From positions 16,802,001-16,866,000 of the forward strand of contig OX597834.1 of the NCBI GenBank assembly GCA_951406725.2: DNA of 64,000 nucleotides. Reading direction: 5' to 3'. This DNA comes from Octopus vulgaris (taxonomy: Eukaryota). Positions 24,933 through 36,856 of the stretch are shown here, one piece after another. The stretch's first letter is position 1. Each line of letters begins with the position of its first letter. The notes under the pieces are model-generated. The model saw only the letters and a list, made by a program, of their open reading frames with translations. It was not told where the DNA came from and searched no databases. Both the position numbers and the translations under genes were made by a program.

Positions 24933-25466
24933 CACATCATTCTTAATTAAACACAGAGAGACCATGCCACTGTCAGATTTGTGGTAAATCCTTCCCAGAT
25001 AAAAGTAAATTACAAAGACGCATATACATTCATACAGGAGAAAAGCCCCATTGCTGTAATATCTGTGGCAAATCATTCTCTCAGAAGAATGATTTAAATA
25101 AACACATACGGATTCATACAAGTGAGAAACCATATCACTTTGATATCTGTGGCAAAACATTCTCTAACAGGTCTACTGTAACTAGGTATAAACATATCTA
25201 TACAGGAAAAAAACTGTATTAGTGTGATATCTAGGGTCAATTTATTTTCTACGAATGCAAGCTGGGCTCAACACAAACGTACACATACAGGTGAGAAACC
25301 ATATCACTCTGTTCTCTGTGGAGAATCATTCTCTTAAAGAAGTAACTTGTCTAGTCACAAGTATGTTCATAGAGAAGAGAAGCTGTTTCTCTGTGATATT
25401 TGTGGTAAATCATTCTCTAGAAATTTGCAGTTAACTACACACTAACATCTTCATACACAGGAGTGA
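24933..25466 (+). pseudogene. Decapitated ZNF pseudogene (ZNF-psi2), 5-6 degenerate fingers
   Basis: DKSKLQR-, QKNDLNKH- and RNLQLTTH-type fingers with stops and frameshifts; no start, exon 1 or intron. Confidence 0.85.
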
Positions 25467-28090
25467 ATGTATTACAGAGATTTTTTTTTTTCGCTACTAC
25501 TTCTCCGGAACATACCTCAAACCTATTCACATAGAAGATAAGCAGTATCAACTTGATATTTGTGGTAAATCAATTTCTTTAGGCAATGACTAAACAATTC
25601 ACAAACATGAAATTGAAATACAAGCCGTATCACAGTGACATCTGTAGACACAAAGAATATGCTATAACAATGTGATAAGGGTATTCTAACAATATGTTTT
25701 GTGTATAACTACAACCGGTGATGTTATTGATTTTTGTACTTCCATTGAAGATATGCATGACATGTTCAACACTGGCATGGCACAATCATCATTTTCTGTT
25801 ACAGTGTTGACTCTTAGAGTCAAATGTGTATGTTTAGAGTCACACATGTTTTGTTACTCAAGTATTTAGTTGCTATCTTCTGTTCTTGGTGAGCAGTTGC
25901 TTAGTCTTCCAGATGAGTTGGGTATATATTGCATGTCCAGGAGAGGCTATTATTCCTGTCAATGTTGCTCGCAAACTGTAGCTAGCATATCCATGCATAA
26001 CCTTCTGTCCATGTGATGGGTATTTCTCTTCCAAGTCTCTAACTAGTGCAATCCAGCTCCTTTGTGTGTGTGTATGCATCCTTGTCTTGACATTATGTGG
26101 TAGTTGGAAGTGAAGTGTCCCTGTCATACAAGATATAGCATTTGTTTCAAACCTTCTATGAAGAACTGGGTTGGCCACAGCGATGTGTTACCTTGCATCA
26201 AAAAGGGTGAGAGTGGTTGACATGAAAGGTATATGACTGTAGGAAATTTGCATCACTGAATTGTTTGACCCATGCAGGCATAGAAAAGTAGACATTAAAA
26301 TAATAATTATGATATACACACAAACACATACATTTCAGTGTTAAAATGGTAGAAAAGTACTCAAGACATGTAGCTGTGTGTATTTACTGACTCTTGCTTT
26401 AAGGACTCATTTTGACTCGGGGCCTGTCATGGAGAAACTGAAACAAACAAAACTCTATAGATGAGCCTTTTGTTTACAATAATGGTGCTACACATCAAAG
26501 CATGTTAAGAAACATGGACATACATTCACAGTGGGCTGCAAGCAAACCAACACCATCAGAGAGGCCATTGGTCACAAACAGTGAATGCACATGCAAACAG
26601 GGTCAATCTGAACTTAATCTCTTAGACACGTTTTTTCATTCTCCCTCCATTTTTTTTCCTTTTAATCCTTTCTATTGAAGAGGATAGACCCAAAACGTCA
26701 AAGACTTTTCCAGGATTCTTCCACAAATAAATCAAACCAAAAAAATTAAATTATTTGTTTTATCTTTAATTTCATTTTTGTTGTTGATAGGAAACTATTG
26801 CTTTTGTTTTTATTATCCCCAAATTGAAAGCCTTTACACAGAATTCATTGAGAAATATTATACAATTATGATGCTGGTTATTGTGTTACTACCAAAAGGA
26901 AGCAAGTGTTTCTGCAATATTACCATACAGATTATTTGGGTAGAAAGGCAATAAATGATTTATGCCAGAGCTATAACAATGATAGTTGTAATATTAATAG
27001 TAAATTTAGGGTGGCAAGCTGGCAGAATTGTTAGTATGCCAGGCAAAATGCTTAGCGGCATTTCATCCATCTTTGCATTCCGAATCGATATTCCACCGAT
27101 GTCACCTTCGTCTTTCATCCATTCAGAATTCATAAAATAAGTACCAATTTAGCACAGGGGTTGATGTAATTGACTTGCACCTTCCCCCAAATTTCTGTCC
27201 TTGTGCCAAACTTTGAAACCTATTGTAATAGCAATATTTCTGAGAAAAACGGAGGGCAGATAGGTAGGTAGTTGTTTCTATATATTTATCATATGGGTTC
27301 GAATTTGGGCGTTTCACAATATCACAGCTGAAAGGCACATTTATTTTAAAATCTGGTACGTATGTACATGAGTGTGGGCATGCATATATATATTTATATA
27401 TTGTACGCGTCCAAGCGTTAGTATCTGTAATTAACTCTGTTATTACTTCCAGTGTCTTTCCTTCTTCATCTCTCCTCCACTGTTAAAAGTAAAGAAAATA
27501 GAAAATATTGATCGAACTGTTGTATAATGCAATTTTAATTTTAAATGACTGAGGATTTCATTGCTTTCTTTTTATCTCTTGACTCATTTGCTTCGCTCTT
27601 AGTGGTGTCAGAAAGGAAAACACAAGAAGAAAAATACCATCTTGTATAGTTTCCCAATGTTTTAAAAGCACACACACCAACTAATTTCATGCCCCTAGCT
27701 TACGTTGTGTCGATAAGCTCCAATAAGAGCGAAATAATGTCACCTGCAGGTTCTCGAACGTCGAAAATGAGAAGCATCAAAATTAATCAATATGGAAATA
27801 TTATTTCATATGCTCTCTCTCAGGTCATAAGAAAATGACCTTGTTAATTAATAAAAGATTATAAGCTCTGAGCAGTTCTCTCCCCTTGAGGGAAAATTCT
27901 CCCCTCCCCTTTTATTTCTAAGCAAATTCTTTCTCTCTGGCACTTCTAACTCAAAAAGCAACTATTAAGTCCTAGCATCGACAATCGCCAGTCAGAATCC
28001 GCTGAGAAATTCCTCAGTTAATGAGTGTGTAGTAACAATACACATGACTAGCGTTACTCACTTCTTAATTACAGCTGTGGTTTATACGAG

Positions 28091-29495
28091 GTATTTTTCT
28101 TAATGTACTTCCTTTATTCAACTGTTTTTCTTTTCACTTTCATTAATGTAAATTTTGAGTAACGTAAAGAATTACAGCGTAATTTCGAAGATGGTAAGGA
28201 ACCTATAAATGCATGGCATTGCTATGAAATAGTGAAATCAAAACATTGTTTACTTCCGACGTTAGAGGTTACAAAAATAAGAAGTCCATCATTTCTGATG
28301 ACACTTATACCTTATTGTACCTTACAATTAATTGGTACCCGTAGGTGTGTATTTAACTGATAACGTTTAAGTTTCCTAAATAGCTTTTTTTCCCTTCTCT
28401 CCCGTAATGCAAATTCTCTTACAGTGGAAGTATTGTTAATTAGCTCTTAAGCATAGTTACATCGCAAAATTCTGTTCCGTATGTTTTGAAAAGGAAATGA
28501 AATACTTTTCACTTGGATATATTTTCCATTCCAAAGCATGTTTATTATGAGAATAGAACAATACATTATACTAACTTTAATGTGTCTAATTATAAACAAC
28601 GTTAATGAACACACACACAAAAAAAAGGTGGAATTATGTGCAATTTTTAGCAGAAATAACGGATCTAGTATCTCTGCGACGATGTTTTTGCTCTGACTCA
28701 AACAGTGATCGAAAGATGACGGATGAGTTTCTGAACAGAAAGCTACAGGTCAACTATTTAACGACTAATTTGATGGTGTTGCTATAACCAGTGATATATA
28801 GACCTCACATGTGATTCTTCGATATAGTTTTAATAAAATATATAAATATAAGGGTAGCAAAAAATTCTCATCTATAGAGTTTTGTTTGTTTCAGTTTCTC
28901 CATGACAGGCCTGAGTCAACGTTTCAATTTCAGAATTACAACTTTTAGCGGTTTGAGTTTGGCTGCTCTTTCTAGTGAGTCGAATGTCCTATTATGGCCA
29001 TTCCCTATATTTTTGAATGTTTTAATAAAATATGTAGGCAGATTCACGGTTTAAGCACCCCACAACCACTCATAACATTTTTATGCGGACAGTACGATTT
29101 TTTTTGCTTAAATCTCAGTAAAGGATCATTTAAAATATTTCTGGAGAAAGAGTACGTCAGTGATAAAGAAACGAGAACGGTTTCAGATGATTATTATTAT
29201 AACAGCTAAATAGAACTTGAATCCCATAACAACAATCTTTTTGCTTTTTTCCATAATAATATGAATTCTTGTGTGTATAACGTAGGCTTGAAAAATTGTT
29301 CGGAAACATTCAAAATATAAAAATGTTATGAGGGATTATGTGTGGTGCATAAACTAGAATTAACCAAAGTTAAAACCTCAGATGTGGATGTAAATATTTA
29401 AATTTATACTTTATCGCTATTGAAATGTATATTCTCCATCGTTGAATCTGTTTTAAATATACCCTACATCTTATACTGTTTCTCTATTATTTCAG
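28091..29495 (+). other. Inferred 5'UTR intron of ZNF-C
   Basis: Conserved donor and acceptor. Confidence 0.7.
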
Positions 29496-29816
29496 AAATA
29501 TCAAAATGACATTGGCTTAATAGTACTTAACTTAGATGTATCATTGATATTTATCATCTTACACAAAGTAAAGGAAGTTGCTACACAAAATGGATATATT
29601 CCCGCATCTATGAATCTGTGATAGAATTGGTGTTACATAATTGTTGTTGTGACTTGGGACCATTAGCAAAATTTCTCTGCTTCATTGCCAGGAATATCTT
29701 CAAGAGTTGGTTGCTTTCTGTTTAAAGGAGGCTGTAGTATCTTCCCACATCAATAGAGGTCATGCTTTATCAAAGAACACAAGAACAAGAGAGGAATTTG
29801 ACGGAGAAGTAAAATT

Positions 29817-30944
29817 ATGGAAAATGAATTTTGTGAGGAACCAATTGAAATTAAAATAGAGACTGAACTAGTTGATTCTCATGATGACATTCAGAATGAG
29901 AGAGAAGAAAAACCATATTCCTGTGACGTCTGTAAAAAGTCATTCTCTCAGAAACACCACTTAAATGATCACAAACGTATTCATACAGGTGAGAAGCCAT
30001 ATCATTGTGATATCTGTGGTAAGTCATTCTCTACAAGTGGTACTTTAAATACCCATAAATATACTCATACCAGAGAGAAACCAAATCACTGTGATATCTG
30101 TGGTAAATCATTTTTCACAATTAGTGCATTAAATACTCACAAACGTATTCATACGGGAGAGAAACCATATCATTGTGATATCTGTGGTAAATCCTTCTCT
30201 TACACATCATCCTTAAGTAAACACAGAAGTATTCACACAGGAGAGAGACCGTGCCACTGTCAGATCTGTGGTAAATCCTTCCCAGATAAAAGTAAATTAA
30301 GGAGACACATATACATTCATACAGGAGAAAAGCCCCATTGCTGTAATATCTGTGGCAAATCATTCTCTCAAAAGAATGATTTAAATAAGCACATACGGAT
30401 TCATACAGGGGAAAAACCATATCACTGTGATATCTGTGGTAAATCTTGCTCTCAAAGTAGTGACTTAATTAAACATAAGCGTGTTCATACAGGAGAGAAA
30501 CCGTATAACTGTGATATCTGTGGCAAGTCTTTCTCTGAAAGTAGTGCCTTACATATTCATCGACGTATTCATACAGGAGAGACGCCATATCACTGTGATG
30601 TGTGTGGTAAATCATACTCTCAAATTGGTCACTTCAATCATCACAAACGTTTTCACACAGGAGAGAAACCCTATCACTGTGAGATCTGTGGTAAATCATT
30701 CACTACAAGTGGTAAGTTAAATAGTCACAAACGTATTCATACAGGAGAGAAACCGTATCATTGTGGTATCTGTGGTAAATCATTTTGTAGAAGTGATACC
30801 TTAAATAACCACAAACATGTTCATACAGAAGAAAAGCTATATCATTGTGATATCTGTGGTAAATCATTTTCTAGTAGTCAGACCTTGAATAATCACAAAT
30901 CTGTTCATGCAGAGCAGAACGTGTACCATTGTGACGTCTGGTAA
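29817..30944 (+). CDS. C2H2 zinc-finger protein ZNF-C (375 aa, 12 fingers)
   Basis: Intact ORF ended by a 2-nt deletion (gtctggtaa instead of gtctgtggtaaa). Confidence 0.88.
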   Translation: MENEFCEEPIEIKIETELVDSHDDIQNEREEKPYSCDVCKKSFSQKHHLNDHKRIHTGEKPYHCDICGKSFSTSGTLNTHKYTHTREKPNHCDICGKSFFTISALNTHKRIHTGEKPYHCDICGKSFSYTSSLSKHRSIHTGERPCHCQICGKSFPDKSKLRRHIYIHTGEKPHCCNICGKSFSQKNDLNKHIRIHTGEKPYHCDICGKSCSQSSDLIKHKRVHTGEKPYNCDICGKSFSESSALHIHRRIHTGETPYHCDVCGKSYSQIGHFNHHKRFHTGEKPYHCEICGKSFTTSGKLNSHKRIHTGEKPYHCGICGKSFCRSDTLNNHKHVHTEEKLYHCDICGKSFSSSQTLNNHKSVHAEQNVYHCDVW

Positions 30945-31802
30945 ATTATTTCCAGATAAAAGTAAATTTGGGTGACACATATATATTCATGCAGAAGAAA
31001 AACCATATTACTGTAATATCTGTGGCAATCATTCTTTTGAAATAATAGCTTATATAGGCACATGCGGACTTATGCAGGCAAAAAAACCATATCACTGTGA
31101 CATTTCTGGCAAGTATTACTCTGAAGGCAGTACTTTATGTCTACATTGACGTAGTCATACAATAAAGACACTATATTACTGTGTTGTCTGTAGTAAATCA
31201 TTCTCTCACACATCTCTCCTAATTAAACACATATGTATCCATACAGGAGAAGGGCCATTCCACTCTGGGATTTGTGGTAAATCATTCCCAGATAAAAGCA
31301 AATTACGGAGACACATATATGTTCATACAGGAGAGTGTGATATCTGTAGCAAGTCTTCCTCTGAGGCACTACCTTACATAAACATAGGCATATTCATACA
31401 AGAGAGAGAGACACCTTATCACTGTTATCTATGGTAAATCTTTTTGCTGCTGGTAGTACCTTAACCTTTGTAAACAATTCATACAGGATGAAAACCATAT
31501 CACTTTGATATCTGTGACAATACATTCTCTGATAGGTCTGGGATAAAAACCGTATCAGTGTGATATCTAGGGTCAATTTATTTTATATGAACACAAGCTG
31601 GGCTCAACACAAATGTACACATACAGGTGAGAAACCATATCACTCTGTTCTCTGTGGAGAATCATTCTGTCAAAGAAGTAACTTGTCTAGTCACAAGTAT
31701 TTTCATGGAGCAGAGAAGCTGTTTCTCTGTGATATTTGTGGTAAATCATTCTCTAGAAATTTGCAGCTAACTACACACAAACATCTTCATACACAGGAGT
31801 GA
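30945..31802 (+). pseudogene. Degenerate finger tail of ZNF-C (~10 decayed fingers)
   Basis: Finger/linker remnants with multiple stops and indels, ending at RNLQLTTHKHLHTQE*. Confidence 0.85.
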
Positions 31803-33031
31803 ATGTATTACAGGGATATCTTTTTTTTCGCTACTGCTTCTCTGGAACATACCTCAAACCTATTCACATAGAAGATAAGTAGTATCAACTTGATATTTGT
31901 GGTAAATTTCTTTCTTTAGGCAATGACTAAACAATTCACAAATATGAACTTGAAATACAAGCCGTATCACAGTGACATCTGTAGACAGAAAGAATATGCT
32001 ATAACAATGTGATAAGGGTATTCTAACAATATGTTTTGTATAACAACTGGTGATGTTATTGATTTTTGTACTTCCACTGAAGATATGCGTGACATGGCAG
32101 AATCATCATTTTCTGTAACAATGTTGGAGTTAAGAGACCATTGGTCACAAACAGTGAATGCACATGCAAACAGGATCCATTTGAACTTAATTGCTTAGAC
32201 ACGTTTTTCTCATTCTCTCTCCATTTTTTTTACCTCTTGAGTCTTTTGAAGAGCATAGACTCAAAACGTCAAAGACTTTTCCAGGATTCTTCCATAAATA
32301 AATCAAACCAAAAAAATTAAATTATTTGTTTTATCTTTAATTTCATTTCTGTTGTTGATAGGAAACTATTGCTTTTGTTTTTATTATCTCCAAGTTGAAA
32401 GCCTTTAAATAGTATTCATTGAGAAATATTACACAAATACAATGAAGATAATTGTGTTACTGGCAAATGGAAGCAAGTGTTTCTGCAATATTTCCAGACA
32501 GATTATTTGGACAGAAAGGCAAGAAACGATTTATGCCAGAGCTATAAGAGTGATAGTTGCAATATTAATAGCATTATTAGGACGGTGTGCTGGCAGAATT
32601 GTTAGTATGCTAGGCAAAATGCTTGGCGGTATTTCGTCCATCTTTACACTGTCTGTAATTAACTCTATTTTTACTTCTAATTTATTTCCTTCTTCGTCTC
32701 TCCTCCACTGTTTAATGTAAAGAAAACAGAAAATATTGATCGAACTATTGTATAATGCAATTTTAATTCTAAATGACTCTGAGGATCTCATTGCTTTCCT
32801 TCTTTGTCTCGACTCATTTGCTTCGCTCTTAGTGGTGTCAGAAAGAAAAACACAAGAAAAAAATTTCCATCTTGTATAGTTTTAAAGGTACATACACCAA
32901 CTAGTTTCGTGACCCTAGCTTACGTTGTGTCGATAAGCTCCAATAAGAGCGAAATAATGTCACCTGCAGGTTCTCGAACACCGAAAATGAGAAGCAAGAA
33001 AAAAATTTATATGGAAATATTAATTCTTATG

Positions 33032-33062
<31 letters not shown>

Positions 33063-33321
33063 GAAAATAACCTTGCTAAATAATTATAATACGCAAAAGC
33101 AATTAAGAAAAGTAAAAGATTATAAGCTCTGAGCAGTTATCTCCCCTTGAGAGAAACCCCCCCTCCTTCCTTCTAATTCTAAGCAAATTCTTTGTAAGTC
33201 TTTTACCATCGACAATCGCCAGTCAGAATCCGCTGAGGAATTCCTCAGTGAACGAGTATGTAGTAACAATATATATGACAAGCATTATTCACTTCTTAAT
33301 AACAGCTGTGATGTATTAGAG

Positions 33322-35416
33322 GTATTTTTCTTAATGTACTTCCTTTATTCGATCGTTTTTCTATTCATTTTCATTAATATGAATTTTGTGTAACGTAAAG
33401 AATTGCAGCATAATTTCGAAGATGGTAAGGAACCTATAAATGCATGGCATTGTTATGAAATAGTGAAATCAAAGTTTAGGCAATGTTTCGTTTGTACTAC
33501 AAACGAAACATTGCCAAAGTTTACTTCCGACGTGGTAATTGTAGAGGTTACAAACATAAGAAGTCCATCATTTCTGATTACACTTATACCTTATTGTACT
33601 TTACAATTAATATTAATTAATATTGTTATCCTTACGTCTGTATTTAACTAATAACTTCTAAGTTTTTCTCTCCCGTAATGCACATTCTTTTACTGTGGAA
33701 GTATTATTAATTAAATCTTTAACATTGTTACATCGCAAAATTTTGTTCCGTATGTTTTGAAAAGGAAATTAAACACTTTATACTACAAGGAAATATTTTC
33801 CAAATACTTTATGCTATGAGGAAATATTTTCCATTCTAAAGCATGTGTATTACGGGAATAGAACAATACATTATACTAATTTGTGTTTAATTATAAACAA
33901 CGTTAACGAAAAGAAATAAAGGTGGAATAACGTGTAATTTTCAGCAGAAATAACGGATCTAGTATGTCTGCAACGAATTTTTTTGCTCTGTCCCAATTAA
34001 ACAGTATTCGAAAGATGACGCATCAGTTTCTGAACAGAAAGCCCCATGTCCACTATTTAATAGTTTAACAAATAATATAATAGTGTTGCCGTAACCATTG
34101 ATATATAGACCACACATGTGATTCTTCGATATAGTTTTAATAACAGAAGTTGGCGCGTTTATGGTGTAAGCACCTCATAACCGCAAGTAACTTTTTTTTT
34201 ATATAAAGAGTATGAATTTTTTGTTTAAATCTCAGTAAAAGATCGTTAAATGTGTTTATGTGGAGAAACTGTACGTCAGTGATAAAGAAACGAGAACAGT
34301 ATCAGGTGGTTGTAAGATGTGCTAAAAATATCAGTTAAATAACACTTAAATCCCACAAAAGGCGTAGGAGTGGCTGAGTGGTAAGTAGATTGCTTACGAA
34401 CCACATGGTTCCGGGTTAAGTCCCACTGCCTGACACCTTGGGCACGGGTCTTCTGTTAAAGCCTCTGGCCGACCAAATTCTTGTGAGTGGATTTGGTAAA
34501 CAGAAACTGAAAAGAAGCCCGTCGTGTATATGTATGTGTATATAGGAGTGGCTGTGTGGTAAGTAGCTTGTTTACCAACCACATGGTTCAGGGTTCAGTC
34601 CCACTGCGTGGCACCTTGGGCAAGTGTCATCTACTATAGCCTCGGGCCGACCAAAGCCTTGTGAGTGGATTTGGTAGACGGAAACTGAAAGAAGCCCGTC
34701 GTATATATGTATATATATGCGTGTGTGTGTTTGTGTGTCTGTGTTTGTCCCCCTAGCATTGCTTGACAACCGATGCTGGTGTGTTTATGTCCCCGTTACT
34801 TAGCGGTTCGGCAAAAAGAGACCGATAGAATAAGTACTGGGCTTACAAAAGAATAAGTTCTGGTGTCGAGTTGCTCGATTAAAGGTGGTGCTCCAGCATG
34901 GCCGCAGTCAAATGACTGAAACAAGTAAAAGAGTAAAGAGAGAGATATGTGTGGGTTTGTCCCCCCCCCCCCAACATCGCTTGACAACCGATGCTGGTGT
35001 GTTTACGTCCCCGCAACCTAACGATTCGGCAAAAGAAACCTATTGAATAAGTGCTAGGCTTACAAAGAATAAGTCCTGCGGTCGATTTGCTCAACCAAAT
35101 GCGGTGCTCCAGCATGGCCGCAGTGTAATGACTGAAACAAGTAAAAGAGTAAAGAGTAAAATCAATTTCCTATTTCTTTTTTCCATAATAGTGTGAATTC
35201 TTGTGTGTGTAACGCAAGATTGAAAATTTTCAACATATAAAAATGTTATAAGGGGTTATATGTTGTGCATAAACTAGGATTCCACCAAAGTTAAAACCTC
35301 AGATGTGGATGTAAATATTTAAATTTATACTTTATCGCTATTGAAATGTATATTCTCCATCGTTGAATCTGTTTTAAATATTCCCTACATCTTATACTGT
35401 TTCCCTATTATTTCAG
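33322..35416 (+). other. Inferred 5'UTR intron of ZNF-D
   Basis: Conserved donor (agag|gtattttt) and acceptor. Confidence 0.65.
34361..35160 (+). mobile_element. Stack of family 1 SINEs (5' half, full copy, 3' half)
   Basis: Heads at ~34361 and ~34543; tails at ~34938 and ~35160. Confidence 0.8.
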
Positions 35417-35758
35417 AAATATCAAACTGACATTGGCTTAATAGTACTTAACTTAGATGTATCATTGATATTTATCATCTTTCACAAAGTAAAGGAAGTT
35501 GCTACACAAAATGGATATATTCCCGCATCTATAAATCTGCGATAGAATTGGTGTTACATAATTGTTGTTGTGACTTGAGACCATTAGCAAAATTTCTCTG
35601 CTTCACTGCCAGGAATATCTTCAAGAGTTGGTTGCTTTCTGTTTAAACTTGGACATGTTTAGAAAGGAGGCTGCAGCATCTTCACACATTAATAGAGGTC
35701 ATGCTTTATCAAAGAACACAAGAACAAGAGATGAATAAATGAGAATAAAAGTAAAATT

Positions 35759-36856
35759 ATGGAAAATGAATTCTGTGAGGAACCAATTGAAATTAAAATA
35801 GAGACTGAGCGAGTTGGTTCTCATGATGAGATTCAGAATGAGAGAGAGAAAAAACCATATTCCTGTGACATCTGTGGTAAGTCATTCTCTCAGAAACCCC
35901 ACCTAAATTATCACAAACGTATTCATACAGGAGAGAAGCCATATCATTGTGATATCTGTGGTAAATCATTCTCTACAAGTAGTGCATTAAATACTCACAA
36001 ACATATTCATACAGGAGAGAAACCATATCTCTGTGATATCTGTGGTAAATCTTTTTCCACAAGGGGTGCATTAAAGACACACAAACTTATTCATACAGGT
36101 GAAAAACCACATCACTGTGATATCTGTGGTCAATCATTCTCTACAAATGGTAACTTAAATAGTCACAAACGTATTCATACAGGAGACAAACCATATTATT
36201 GTGATATCTGCCATAAATCCTTCTCTTACAAATCGTCCTTAACTTATCACAGAGCTGTCCATTCAGGTGAGAGACCATATCACTGTGAGGTTTGTGGTAA
36301 ATCATTCCCAGATAGAAGTAAATTAAGGAGACACAAATATGTTCATACGGGGGAAAAGCCCCATTTCTGTAATATCTGTGGTAAATCGTTCGTTCAAAAT
36401 GTTAACTTAAATAAGCACATACGGATTCATACAGGGGAAAAACCATATCACTGTGATATCTGTGGTAAATCTTGCTCTCAAAGTAGTGACTTAATTAAAC
36501 ATAAGCGTGTTCATACAGGAGAGAAACCATATAACTGTGATATCTGTGGTAAATCTTGCTCTCAAAGTAGTGACTTAATTAAACATAAGCGTGTTCATAC
36601 AGGAGAGAAACCATATAACTGTGATATCTGTGGCAAGTCTTTCTATGAAAGTAGTGCCTTACATATACACCGGCGTATTCATACAGGTGAGACTCCATAT
36701 CACTGTGATATCTGTGGTAAATCTTGCTCTCAAAGTAGTGACTTAATTAAACATAAGCGTGTTCATACAGGAGAGAAACCATATCACTGTGATATCTGTG
36801 GCAAGTCTTTCTCTGAAAGCAGTGCCTTACATATACATCGACGTATTCATACATGA
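35759..36856 (+). CDS. C2H2 zinc-finger protein ZNF-D (365 aa, 12 fingers)
   Basis: Intact ORF ended by GGA>TGA in a TGE linker; degenerate fingers continue to ~37282. Confidence 0.85.
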   Translation: MENEFCEEPIEIKIETERVGSHDEIQNEREKKPYSCDICGKSFSQKPHLNYHKRIHTGEKPYHCDICGKSFSTSSALNTHKHIHTGEKPYLCDICGKSFSTRGALKTHKLIHTGEKPHHCDICGQSFSTNGNLNSHKRIHTGDKPYYCDICHKSFSYKSSLTYHRAVHSGERPYHCEVCGKSFPDRSKLRRHKYVHTGEKPHFCNICGKSFVQNVNLNKHIRIHTGEKPYHCDICGKSCSQSSDLIKHKRVHTGEKPYNCDICGKSCSQSSDLIKHKRVHTGEKPYNCDICGKSFYESSALHIHRRIHTGETPYHCDICGKSCSQSSDLIKHKRVHTGEKPYHCDICGKSFSESSALHIHRRIHT

